From the NCBI GenBank assembly GCA_049303795.1, contig JBAQNM010000015.1, forward strand, positions 36,590 to 100,589: DNA of 64,000 nucleotides. The letters run 5' to 3'. Made by a program: the position numbers and the translations under genes. The notes under the pieces were generated by a model. It made no database searches, had not been told where the DNA came from, and saw only the letters and a program-made list of their open reading frames with translations. Positions 36,449 to 46,299 of the stretch are shown in pieces. Within the stretch, counting starts at the first letter, position 1, and every line of letters begins with the position of its first letter. This DNA comes from Candidatus Moraniibacteriota bacterium (lineage in GTDB: Bacteria; Patescibacteriota; Minisyncoccia; Moranbacterales; UBA2206).

Positions 36449-37567
36449 ATGCAGAATAAAAAATTTATAAATGTTTTAACTTTCTATGTGACCTATCTTT
36501 GGTTCACATCTTTTGGTGGTGCCATATTACCTACGCATTTTTTAGCGCAAGGCATTAATTATAATCAAATGATTTTGGGAAAGTTTTTAATTTTTACCAG
36601 TCCACTTGTTTTACTTGTGTTCCTAAAATCCTTTTCTTCTAAAATTGCCTGGCGATTAGCTCCGTTTTCCTATTTAATGTTTGTATTATTATCTATTAAA
36701 ATTCTTGGCGTAACACAGTTTTATATCGCCAGTATATTTATCGGATTTTCTATCTTCTTCTTTTATGTCTTCTATAATATTGCTCATTTTAGAAATACTC
36801 AAAAAGAAAAAACTGGCCACAGCTCGGCTATAATGTTCAGCTTAGGACCGATAATAAATATCCTCGCCCCTCTAGCTTCCGGATATATTGCTAACATTAG
36901 TTTCACATTATTGTGGATTCTAGCAATTGTTTCTTTTTTTGTTTGTATTTTTTTTGCCGAAAAGCAAGAAAGTTTTCGCGTTTCATATACCGTGAAAAAT
37001 GCCTTGCGAGAGATAAGAGCTACTCGATTATTTATTTTTATTGGAGGAATATGGGAAGCAATCCCCTTTGGGATTATTCCCGTCTTTACTTTATATTTCA
37101 TAAAGGATCCTCTCCCTTATGGCGCTTATTTAGCCTATCTTTCCTTGATTGCCGTGTTTGCTAATTTGGTTTTAGGAAAAATTACCGATAGAATACAAAA
37201 AAGATCCATCTTTCTCTATCCTATAACGATAGCTATGGCTCTCATAACTTTTCTTCTCTATTTCTCAATTGATAATTTATATCTATGGATAGTAGCCACT
37301 AGTCTATTGCAATTCGTTTTGCCATTATTTTGGAATATTTCTACTGCCATGGTTATCGACACTCACTCAAATTTAGAGCTGGCCATTCCTGGTCGTGAGA
37401 TTATGCTCACGAGTGGAAGGATAATTGGACTTCTCCTTACTTTTCTCAGTTTGCTAATTGAAAAAACACCCAAAGATATTTTTATTTTTTTAGGCTTTGT
37501 AATTTTATTATATCCAACTCTTCTATTTTGGAACACACGGATAACTAAAAAATATAGCTATCTATAA
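36449..37567 (+). CDS. polytopic membrane protein (about 10-12 TM), transporter-like
   Basis: 372-aa highly hydrophobic ORF with regularly spaced helices. No diagnostic motif. Confidence 0.55.
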   Translation: MQNKKFINVLTFYVTYLWFTSFGGAILPTHFLAQGINYNQMILGKFLIFTSPLVLLVFLKSFSSKIAWRLAPFSYLMFVLLSIKILGVTQFYIASIFIGFSIFFFYVFYNIAHFRNTQKEKTGHSSAIMFSLGPIINILAPLASGYIANISFTLLWILAIVSFFVCIFFAEKQESFRVSYTVKNALREIRATRLFIFIGGIWEAIPFGIIPVFTLYFIKDPLPYGAYLAYLSLIAVFANLVLGKITDRIQKRSIFLYPITIAMALITFLLYFSIDNLYLWIVATSLLQFVLPLFWNISTAMVIDTHSNLELAIPGREIMLTSGRIIGLLLTFLSLLIEKTPKDIFIFLGFVILLYPTLLFWNTRITKKYSYL

Positions 37568-37615
37568 TTGCAAAAAAGAGATACAATGCATATATAATTA
37601 TTTTAACTTAAATAT

Positions 37616-37840
37616 ATGATTCACACTCTCGCGCTGACATTATTTTTAGGAAAACCGCTAGTGATGTATGGCGGAATTTTAACTCTCCTGATGATGTTGT
37701 TTACCGCCACAGTTGGAGCATTAAATATGAAAGGTATTCATGTAATTCCCTTGAAATGCCATTTCAAATTAGCGATTATTACAATAATCATTGGCCTCGT
37801 TCATGCCTTTTTTGGACTGTCTATTTTTTTCAATTTCTAA
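37616..37840 (+). CDS. small hydrophobic protein (2 TM)
   Basis: 74-aa ORF, almost entirely hydrophobic. Confidence 0.4.
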   Translation: MIHTLALTLFLGKPLVMYGGILTLLMMLFTATVGALNMKGIHVIPLKCHFKLAIITIIIGLVHAFFGLSIFFNF

Positions 37841-38080
37841 AAAATCAAGACCCCACTGCTAGTTTCCCCATGAAAACTTATTTTGCTTGAAATCACCAGA
37901 AAAATGCTACTGATTCTTTTGGCGATATAGCCACTTGCTTTTTTCTTTATTCTGTATTAACCTGAATTCAGGCAGTTTTAAACAAAAAACTGCCAAAAAT
38001 ACAACAGAACCTTAACAAAAAGCATTGTGCTTTTTTTTGTTTTAGCCAACCAATACCCACATAATATCAGGAGGCGTTTT

Positions 38081-39367
38081 ATGCGAAATACTATTCTAGC
38101 GAAGCTAGAAAAAAGATTTTCCTTAACCTCCCCTATTAATATATGGATGAGGTTAGTAACAAAAATTGAAACAGAAGCTGGCAAGATGATTATATCTTGC
38201 CCAAACAACACCACCAAAAAAAGACTCGGGGCACTTTCCGAAGAGATCTGTTCCGCGCTTGACTTAAAAGAAATCAGTCTGGTTATTGCGGGTACCAGCG
38301 CTGAGGAAAATACAAAAACAGTCCCCGCTGGAGATCCACAGTTGCATCTTCCAATGCACATTTCCACAAAATCGCCAAGACTTAGACCAAATTTTAATTT
38401 TGCTAATTTTTTCGTTGGCAACTTTAATAGTGTAGCCTATCATTCGGCGATGGCTTTGATTGATGAAAAGCAAAAAGCAACGGCGCCTGTGTTCATTTTT
38501 TCCGAACCGGGACTTGGCAAGACCCATCTCGCGCAAGCAATTTGTGCGAGTAATCATTCGGCTTGCTACATAACTGCCCCTTTTCTTATGGACGAGGTAG
38601 TTTATGCCTGTAGTAACGGTGGCACTGGAAGCATAAGAAAAAGATTTGCAATAAACATTGACCTGCTTGTGGTCGATGAGGTTCAAAGCTTATCGGGAAA
38701 AAACAGAACTCAAGAAGAGCTGTGCTATATAACCGATACGATACTTGACCGAGGTAAAAAAATAATCTTTTTGGGAATGCTCTCGCCAGGTGAACTTTTA
38801 AGGATAAGCGACCCTCTTCTTTCTCGTTTTCAATCATCCACTATTTGCAGTATAACTAGGCCCGATCTTGAAGATAGATTCAACCTTATTCAAAAAAAGG
38901 CCTCTGTATCTGAGCAAGTGATTTCCGATGAAGTTATTGACATCTTGGCAAGAAGATTGAGCGGTGACGTAAGAGTTATTGAAGGCTGTATTACCAGCAT
39001 GTTAAATAAGGCCACTTTTTCAAGTAGACCAATTGATACTGTTTTGGCAGAGGAAATAATCGAACAATTTGCCTCCGCCAAGAAAAAAGATCCGGCCAGC
39101 GACATCCTGAAAGTTGTCACATCCAACTTCAATCTTAAGGAAAAAGATTTATTCTCAAAAAGCCGACAGAAAAAAACTGTAATGGCAAGACAAATCTGCA
39201 TGTTTTTCTTAAGAGAACAAACGAATATGTCGCTAAAAGCGATTGGAGAAATTTTCAATCGTGATCACGCGACAGTAGCATACGCTATAACGGAAGTTCA
39301 GGAGAAAATAAATCACCTCCCAAGTTTCCTAACAACTATCGCGATTCTTAGAAAACAAATCACATAA
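38081..39367 (+). CDS. dnaA: chromosomal replication initiator DnaA
   Basis: RBS AGGAGG then ATG 38081. AAA+ domain (Walker A GLGKTHL; LLVVDEVQ). C-terminal DnaA signature RDHATVAYA within the HTH domain. Confidence 0.85.
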   Translation: MRNTILAKLEKRFSLTSPINIWMRLVTKIETEAGKMIISCPNNTTKKRLGALSEEICSALDLKEISLVIAGTSAEENTKTVPAGDPQLHLPMHISTKSPRLRPNFNFANFFVGNFNSVAYHSAMALIDEKQKATAPVFIFSEPGLGKTHLAQAICASNHSACYITAPFLMDEVVYACSNGGTGSIRKRFAINIDLLVVDEVQSLSGKNRTQEELCYITDTILDRGKKIIFLGMLSPGELLRISDPLLSRFQSSTICSITRPDLEDRFNLIQKKASVSEQVISDEVIDILARRLSGDVRVIEGCITSMLNKATFSSRPIDTVLAEEIIEQFASAKKKDPASDILKVVTSNFNLKEKDLFSKSRQKKTVMARQICMFFLREQTNMSLKAIGEIFNRDHATVAYAITEVQEKINHLPSFLTTIAILRKQIT

Positions 39368-39545
39368 CCACCTCCCAAATGCGCTGCATTCTGGGAGGTA
39401 TTTTTTTTATTTCAATTCAATTCTTAGCAAATTCGAACCTACTATTGCAATTATTTTTATTTTATGCTAAATTTTCCTATCAGTTTATCGTCAGCTTTTT
39501 AACAAAACACTCACCCAAATCACCCTAAGAAGAAGGAGCCTGGCC

Positions 39546-40166
39546 ATGGATTATTTCGAATTAATCAAGAAAAATGTCCCGATGTTTGCGAAGAATTTCC
39601 CTGGAGATATTAAAATCTCTCTCTTTGGAAGTAGAGCGCGGGAAGCGGTTGCGCCTCCACCACCGGATGATGAAGAATTCGATATCCTGAAAGGAGCATT
39701 TGAAAAAGCTCAAGATATCGACCTGCTTTTCGAAGTCAACGCTGAAACTTTCCTGCGCTATCAGCAAGAATGTCAAAATCACTCGCTCAATTTTTTCACT
39801 GACATTCCCCTCGATCCGCATGATTGTTTTTGGGAATACTTCTCCCCAAAAGAAATCAGACTTTCAGCAATTCTTAAAATAATCCGAATTAACGCGTCAA
39901 CGATGACAAAAATTTATGAGGCTTTCGATTATACTGGCGAGGTTGATATCATCATTCTCCCTTTTGGTTGGAGAAAAAACAAACAAATCATCCGGGCTAT
40001 CAACTCATATGACCGAGGTTTTTCCCGATCACTGAAAAAGGACGCTATATTGCTTTTCGAAAAAAACAAAGTGGAGTCGCCAACCCCTGTCTGCGCATGC
40101 GGTAATGGAGATAACTGTTGCAAAAACGGCGGGAAAATTCATGCCGACTGCAAATGCAAAAAATGA
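39546..40166 (+). CDS. hypothetical protein with a Cys-rich C-terminus
   Basis: 206 aa. The C-terminal segment is PVCACGNGDNCCKNGGKIHADCKCKK. Confidence 0.5.
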   Translation: MDYFELIKKNVPMFAKNFPGDIKISLFGSRAREAVAPPPPDDEEFDILKGAFEKAQDIDLLFEVNAETFLRYQQECQNHSLNFFTDIPLDPHDCFWEYFSPKEIRLSAILKIIRINASTMTKIYEAFDYTGEVDIIILPFGWRKNKQIIRAINSYDRGFSRSLKKDAILLFEKNKVESPTPVCACGNGDNCCKNGGKIHADCKCKK

Positions 40167-40266
40167 ACAGCTACGTAACTATCTGGCTAAAAAAACAACC
40201 GGGATGGACTCAAAAAGTCCATCCCGTTTTTATTTAATCAAAGTCAATTTTATTTTAAAATATTAA

Positions 40267-43200
40267 TTACGGGTTGCTAGCTGGATTTTTTCCGTTAATT
40301 TTTGCCTGAAAATCCATTAGCACCTCCACGGCGATTCGTTTAATTTCTTTATTATAATCATCGTTCTCCTTATTACTAGCTTTCTTGTCAGGCTTTTTTA
40401 TTTTATTAGTTTTCTTGAGAAAATCTTGAGTTAGGCCATCTACTTGTCGCATCGTTTCAAGCATTAAGTCCTTAAGACTAACATTTAATCTTATCGCCGT
40501 CTTTCGCAAAACATCTTCAGTGAATTTGTTTTCACTGATCATATCCATCATTTCTTTCGCCCCCTTATCAGCATTTAATTTTCGCTTTAATTCACCTTCA
40601 AACTCAAAAGGCTTTCCGGTAAGCTTAGAAAAAATTTCTTCCAAAGTTACTGTTAATTTTTCCGTGTTTTGCTTTTGCTTTGTCCACATGTGTCCGCGTA
40701 CACTAAATCCTTGGGAAAACATGTCCGGAGCCATCTTTTCTTGAGTGTATATTACAAAAGAATTGTCTTTTGGCGACCAGATAAGATAGGCGCCATAGCC
40801 TTTCGAAAAAACTGCCATTTGACTGGAACTGCCTTCTCCACTAATTTTAGGATACCACTTCCCTTTTTTACTCATTTTTCCAGTATCAATCAAGACCTTC
40901 CCAAAGCGATCATCGCCCGTATCAAAAACGAATTTGCCACATTCCTTGTTCTTTAAAAATCTTTCTCCATTTTCTATTTGATTTTGAATGTATTTTGCAA
41001 ATTCAGAAAGTGTTTCTGTCGTTCCTTTTTGTTGATTGGCGTAAGCGTACTTATCAAGATAGTCACTTGGAAGATCTGCCGCCGGATCCGTTCCGTTTCT
41101 AAAAAGTTCGATTATATCTTTGGTTTTCATTTTGTGTGACAAACCATACATATTCTTAGAATAATTTTGATAAACTTGTTTTATTTCAGCTTGTGTAAAA
41201 TTAAAATTATCAATTTTAGTGACAAATTCTACATATTTATCCAAATACGCTTCTTTTTTCAAAAGGCCCATTTCAACCAAAGTTTCATAGACGAGACTTG
41301 TAGCACAAGTTGTTCGATCAGATTCGTCTCCATGATGATCAAGAATCAAACGTTTACCGTCCTCCTCGGCAATAACCCCATGCTTCTTTTTTGAGGTATC
41401 CATAATCACACCGCTTTCTGAAATTTCTCCCGGCTTCACAAAATTAACTTTGTCCATATCCACTTTAATGCCCGCCAATTCCATAAGCTCCAAGCAAGAA
41501 TAGGCATCCAGATCTGCTTGCTTAACAATTTTTCCATTCACCTCTTTTCCGTGAATAGTCAACTCATCCCATAACTCACGCGTTAATGCCAAAAATTTTT
41601 GATCAGCTTCTTCAAGTGTTGGTGCGTTAAGATCCTCATATTTCTTAACCTTATAGATAGTATGCAAAGCCGCCGCACGCACCGGTGCATATTTTTTCTC
41701 TTTTTCCTTTAGCGCTTCAGCACGCCGATCATTTAAATTTTTTAGTGAAGTTAAAAAAGCCTTCAGATCTTCCTTTTTTGCCTTTTCCATCACTACTTCT
41801 TTTTCATCCTCCGCCACACTTGCCGGCTCTGCTTTGCCCAAAGTGGCCGCTGCTAATGCTGCTTTAACTTCTGCATCAAGCGCTCTTTCTCTTTCTTCGG
41901 CAGCAATTTGAGCTGCTAATTTTTCCGCCGATGATTCTGTTGGAGTTTTTTTCACTAGAGCCTCCAAAGGAGTTCTGACTTTCAATAGCAACATAGCCGC
42001 CCATGCAACTTTTTTACTTTTCATTTTATTAAATAACTCATCCTTTAGTGTTTTTTCTTTTAGAAAATCTTTCTGGATTTTTTCTTCCTTGATCTTTTGC
42101 AAATATTCATTAAGTTTCTGCTCGGTGTCGTAGGCTGTCGCCCAAGGCGCTTGAATATTTTTCTTCAAAAATACTTTTGCTTCAGCAACTGCAATATACA
42201 TTTCAGTTCTTTCCTGTTCAATATTTTTTGCATCTGAAAAGCCAATGAGATCAATTTTTTCTTGCTCGGAAAAAGTAATGCGAGATCCGATCTCATTAAT
42301 ATTCTCTAAAATTTCATGCATTTTTTGTTCGTCAGGATTGTGCTTTAATTTTTGCAAGCTTTTTCTTAGATTATCAGTAAGCTCAGTTGCACTTTTTGTT
42401 TCATATCTAAATCTTTCCATTTCCTCTCTTCTCTTTGATCCTTTTTCTATTACTTTTCCTTGAGCCATTTCTCGAGCATGTTGAGTGCGCTCCTCCTTGA
42501 TACGCCTATTTTCCTTCATCCCAGAGATAAGACTTCCGATACCAAGTCCAGCTCCAGCAGTAATTGGACTCAGCGCCCATTTTGCGAGTCCTTGAGTTAT
42601 ATTCACTGAACCCTTAGCCATTGCGCCTATAGCAATCGCCAAGGCAGAAACAATCACTGAATCTTTGACAAGTTTTCCGATAAATGATTTCTTTATTTTT
42701 TCCCTAATTTTATCTAACGCATTATGTTGTGGCTCTGTTTCAACTCCCATTTTCGCCCTTCCAATCACCACTTCAAAATCTCTATCAAGAGCATCCGATC
42801 CTTGTTTATGTGAAATATTATTTTTCACCTGCTTTGCTATTTCCAAAAGATTATCAGCAAAAACTAAATTATTTTTTTCTTTGGGTAAATAAATATTATA
42901 AAGTTTTCTCTTTTCTATTTGAAATTGTTCCTCAGTCAAATTCCCACCAGCAAAATTTTTAATAAGCTCGTTAACCTTATTTTTGATCTTAACATCAACA
43001 GGATCACTATTTTTTAAAGTATTTCTCTCTTCTCCTTTGCGCAACAAACTTTCAGATTCATATTCCGCCTCAAATCTCTTCACGATTGCCATCATCGCTT
43101 CTTTGTGGTCAGCCTTTTCACCATCCCCCGCTATAAGCGAATCACCTGCTAAGCGGATCTCTCTTTTGGCTTTAGCAATTTCTTTTTGGCGATAATAATC

Positions 43201-43398
43201 CTGCGCTAAATTATATTTCCAGATTTTTTTTAAAAAACCTTTAAAACCTTTTAACTCTGTCTTTGAAGACAACAATTTTTCTTCTGCAATATCACGAGCT
43301 TGTTTTTCAATGTCAACACTGGCAATAACAACGGTTTGTCTTTTTTCAATGGACGGCTGTTGAGGAAAGCTTGTTTTATTTTTATTATTTAATTCCAT
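40267..43398 (-). CDS. giant membrane protein (1043 aa): coiled-coil N-terminal region, Gly-rich TM hairpin, large C-terminal domain with DHH-like motifs
   Basis: Central hydrophobic Gly-rich helices (SVIVSALAIAIGAMAKGS...SPITAGAGLGIGSLISG). C-terminal region contains DLDAYSCLELMELAG and LILDHHGDESD, which resemble DHH phosphoesterase motifs I and III. The architecture parallels the ORF at 57985-61227. Confidence 0.6.
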   Translation of the reverse strand: MELNNKNKTSFPQQPSIEKRQTVVIASVDIEKQARDIAEEKLLSSKTELKGFKGFLKKIWKYNLAQDYYRQKEIAKAKREIRLAGDSLIAGDGEKADHKEAMMAIVKRFEAEYESESLLRKGEERNTLKNSDPVDVKIKNKVNELIKNFAGGNLTEEQFQIEKRKLYNIYLPKEKNNLVFADNLLEIAKQVKNNISHKQGSDALDRDFEVVIGRAKMGVETEPQHNALDKIREKIKKSFIGKLVKDSVIVSALAIAIGAMAKGSVNITQGLAKWALSPITAGAGLGIGSLISGMKENRRIKEERTQHAREMAQGKVIEKGSKRREEMERFRYETKSATELTDNLRKSLQKLKHNPDEQKMHEILENINEIGSRITFSEQEKIDLIGFSDAKNIEQERTEMYIAVAEAKVFLKKNIQAPWATAYDTEQKLNEYLQKIKEEKIQKDFLKEKTLKDELFNKMKSKKVAWAAMLLLKVRTPLEALVKKTPTESSAEKLAAQIAAEERERALDAEVKAALAAATLGKAEPASVAEDEKEVVMEKAKKEDLKAFLTSLKNLNDRRAEALKEKEKKYAPVRAAALHTIYKVKKYEDLNAPTLEEADQKFLALTRELWDELTIHGKEVNGKIVKQADLDAYSCLELMELAGIKVDMDKVNFVKPGEISESGVIMDTSKKKHGVIAEEDGKRLILDHHGDESDRTTCATSLVYETLVEMGLLKKEAYLDKYVEFVTKIDNFNFTQAEIKQVYQNYSKNMYGLSHKMKTKDIIELFRNGTDPAADLPSDYLDKYAYANQQKGTTETLSEFAKYIQNQIENGERFLKNKECGKFVFDTGDDRFGKVLIDTGKMSKKGKWYPKISGEGSSSQMAVFSKGYGAYLIWSPKDNSFVIYTQEKMAPDMFSQGFSVRGHMWTKQKQNTEKLTVTLEEIFSKLTGKPFEFEGELKRKLNADKGAKEMMDMISENKFTEDVLRKTAIRLNVSLKDLMLETMRQVDGLTQDFLKKTNKIKKPDKKASNKENDDYNKEIKRIAVEVLMDFQAKINGKNPASNP

Positions 43399-43400
43399 TT

Positions 43401-43730
43401 TTATAGATTCAGATAAATGTTTCTAAAATTAACCAACGACTGAGCTATAGCTTCATCAAGATTTAAAATATTACTTTGACAAAAAGCTTGAATTCTTCCT
43501 GTATCAGCAACATCCAAAAGAGCAGAAAATTCCTCTAATTTTTCAGGTGGCATATTTTCCAATATTGTTGCATTGATCCTATCTTCAACCCTTTCCGCTA
43601 AATCCTTTTTAATCTGATCCATAATCTCCGGATCAAGATTTTGAAAGTTTTTTTCTACAATCAATTGATTGATAAAGTCATCGATTGCTTGTGATTGATT
43701 CGCCATATTTTTACATTTAAAAATTTTCAA
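43401..43730 (-). CDS. small acidic helical protein; paralog of 57620-57952
   Basis: 109 aa immediately upstream of the giant protein on the same strand. Its pattern LDPEIMDQIKKDLAERVEDRINATILENMPPEKLEEFSALLD parallels SLPKDKQEELLIRMTEVLLKRIFVETMEKLNDADREAYEKMID in its paralog. Confidence 0.5.
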   Translation of the reverse strand: MKIFKCKNMANQSQAIDDFINQLIVEKNFQNLDPEIMDQIKKDLAERVEDRINATILENMPPEKLEEFSALLDVADTGRIQAFCQSNILNLDEAIAQSLVNFRNIYLNL

Positions 43731-43780
43731 CTTTCCTATAATAAAATTATACTTCTAATTTATTCTTTAATCAAATAATT

Positions 43781-43822
43781 AAAATAAAAATCAGACTCCC
43801 CCGGGTCTGATTCTTGTTTTTA
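43781..43822. terminator. bidirectional hairpin terminator
   Basis: AATCAGAC-TCCCCCGG-GTCTGATT flanked by an A-run and a T-run. It serves the SPFH gene on the minus strand. Confidence 0.55.
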
Positions 43823-43852
43823 TATTATTGCAAAACTTTTTTGAAATAATTC

Positions 43853-44938
43853 TTACTCGCCGATGCCTTTAAATAGCGGCATACCACTTGAAGGATTTAC
43901 TGGAACATAAATTGTTCCTTGGCGATCTTTTAGTTCCTTGATATAGAGATAATTCAAGTATTCGCTGCTTAGACTTTCATTGATAATTTTTTGTGCATCT
44001 CTCTGTCCTTCTGCTTCAATTCTTTTTCTATCAGCCTCTTTTCTTTCTTTTTCCAAAACAAAGTCATAACGTTGTGCTTCTTGTTCGGAAGCTAATTTTT
44101 CCTGAATGGCTTTGGCAAGGCTTTGTGGAAGTTGCACATTGCGAATCACTGCCTCTTCGATAATAATTCCTCTTGATTCAACTTTCTCTTTTAGGTTAGA
44201 AAATATTTTACTAGAGGCCTCCTGTCTTTTTTCTGAATATAATTCCTTAGCATCATATTGTGAGACAACATCCCGAATGATTCCTCGGATTTCAGGACGA
44301 ATAATCTTTTCAACATAGTCCAATCCGACTTCACGATAAATGTCTGAAGCTTTGGACTCTTCTAAGCGATATAGAGCAGTAAAATCAATACTGACGTCCA
44401 AGCCTTCCTTAGTTAGTGATAAAATTGAATCATCCCCTTTTCTTTGTCCTTCAGCAGAGGCAATACTCATCGTATATTGTTCAGTTCGAATATTCATCAA
44501 TGTAATTTTGGCCAAGGGATTAACAAGATGAATCCCTGATCGTAATTCTTCGTCATTGACTTTTCCAAAAAGTGAATAAACGCCAGTTTCTCCAGCATCA
44601 ATAACTATAACGAATCTGAAAAAGATCCAGATGACAACTATTAATAACAATCCTATTTTACCAATTCTCCAAAACCAACTCGCCTTTCGACCTAAGTCAC
44701 TTAGATCAGGTGCCTGATTAACCATATTATTTTTATTAAATAAATTATTTATAAAACTTAAAAATGTTTCATTCTTGGAAATCTTTTTTCGAAACAAGAC
44801 CACTGCAATAACAATCAAAATTAAAAAACCACCATATCCAAACATGCTGAATATAATCGGAAGTCCAACAGCTATAAAAATAATTGCTGGTGCAAGATAT
44901 TTTGAATTTATACTTTTATTAGGATTAAGCATTTGCAA
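43853..44938 (-). CDS. SPFH/band-7 (HflK/C, prohibitin-like) membrane protein
   Basis: N-terminal TM segments followed by a band-7 core (VYSLFGKVNDEELRSGIHLVNPL...ALYRLEESKASDIY...) and a C-terminal coiled coil. Confidence 0.8.
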   Translation of the reverse strand: MQMLNPNKSINSKYLAPAIIFIAVGLPIIFSMFGYGGFLILIVIAVVLFRKKISKNETFLSFINNLFNKNNMVNQAPDLSDLGRKASWFWRIGKIGLLLIVVIWIFFRFVIVIDAGETGVYSLFGKVNDEELRSGIHLVNPLAKITLMNIRTEQYTMSIASAEGQRKGDDSILSLTKEGLDVSIDFTALYRLEESKASDIYREVGLDYVEKIIRPEIRGIIRDVVSQYDAKELYSEKRQEASSKIFSNLKEKVESRGIIIEEAVIRNVQLPQSLAKAIQEKLASEQEAQRYDFVLEKERKEADRKRIEAEGQRDAQKIINESLSSEYLNYLYIKELKDRQGTIYVPVNPSSGMPLFKGIGE

Positions 44939-45142
44939 TAAACTTATTTGTTTAATCTCATAATAAACTAGTTTATGACTTTTGTAAAATAAAGCTTTTA
45001 AAAATAATTGGTCTCCTACGAGAAGATTACATTACACCAGATTGTTAATACCAACTTTCAGCCAATAATTTTATTATTTACAAAATTATGCTAATATAAA
45101 AATTATAAAAATAACCGGCTTATTTCTAATAAAATTCAACTA

Positions 45143-46297
45143 ATGGAAAAATATGACGTCATTATAGTTGGGGCTGGACCAGCTGGAAGCACAGCAGCCT
45201 ACTATATCAATAATCTAAAAGTATTAATAATCGATAAATTTGATTTTCCCCGTGATAAGGCGTGTGGTGGCGGGCTCTTAAATTCACTTGATTGGCCATT
45301 AGAATTTGATAATTTTAAAAAAATAGAGCCACGTCTTAATAAATATTCCAATTCTACTGTAAACGCTTATTGGAATAAAATGCCAATTATCACGTTTAGG
45401 CCAAACCATTTTTTTGACCAAGTTAAAAGAGCAGAATTTGATCACCTTCTCTTGCAAGAAGCTCTTCTTAAGGAAAATATATCTTTTCAAAAATTTAATC
45501 TGAAAACAATCAAAAAGAATGGTCAAGGAGATAAACAAGAATTTATAATTTCAGATGGAGAAAAAGAAATATCTGCTCGCTTTCTGATCGGAGCGGATGG
45601 TGTTTATAGTCTCGTTTCTCGTTTTATTGGAAATAAACCCCTTAGTATAAATCAGTCCGGACTTTGCTTGGAATATGATATTGTTTGTGAAAAAAAATCG
45701 TTGGATGTTCATCTAGTTGGTGGCTTTGGAAGGGAAATTGGCTATTCATGGATCTTTCCAACGCTCGACGGATATTATGTGGGATTAGGTATTGTAAGAA
45801 AACCAAAAAAACCTCTCAAGGAATATCTCGACGAACTTTTGAGCTGGGGAGTTGAAAAAGAATTTCTACCTAAGGATTATAAAATCAGAAAAATTTTTGG
45901 AGGTACTGATCCATTAAAAGTTCCTAAAAAATATTGCACTGACAAAATAATGCTTTGTGGTGATGCAATGGGACTCGTAAAAATTTGGAGTGGAGAAGGA
46001 ATTTATTACGCTATGAAAAGTGGAAAAATTGCTGGAAAAACAATAACAGAAAACCAAGTTAATTTAGAAAAAAGATACAAACAAAATATTAAATCAACAA
46101 TTAAAGATGTTTTGGCTACTCCCTATGTTCCTCCAAGATTTATTACTGTCAATTTTTTCTCCGTACTTTTTCATCTTTCGCTTATTCCCCTACCTTTTGG
46201 GATTATGCAAAAAATTAAAGGTTTCGTCTTTAGTATCGCCACAAGAAGAAACACCCTACCAAAAAAAAGCGCTTACGTTCCATTTCAAAAGCTTTAA
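45143..46297 (+). CDS. FAD-dependent oxidoreductase of the geranylgeranyl-reductase family
   Basis: YDVIIVGAGPAGSTAA (FAD GxGxxG) and DKACGGGL, the Cys motif characteristic of GGR-family reductases. Confidence 0.65.
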   Translation: MEKYDVIIVGAGPAGSTAAYYINNLKVLIIDKFDFPRDKACGGGLLNSLDWPLEFDNFKKIEPRLNKYSNSTVNAYWNKMPIITFRPNHFFDQVKRAEFDHLLLQEALLKENISFQKFNLKTIKKNGQGDKQEFIISDGEKEISARFLIGADGVYSLVSRFIGNKPLSINQSGLCLEYDIVCEKKSLDVHLVGGFGREIGYSWIFPTLDGYYVGLGIVRKPKKPLKEYLDELLSWGVEKEFLPKDYKIRKIFGGTDPLKVPKKYCTDKIMLCGDAMGLVKIWSGEGIYYAMKSGKIAGKTITENQVNLEKRYKQNIKSTIKDVLATPYVPPRFITVNFFSVLFHLSLIPLPFGIMQKIKGFVFSIATRRNTLPKKSAYVPFQKL

Positions 46298-46299
46298 TG

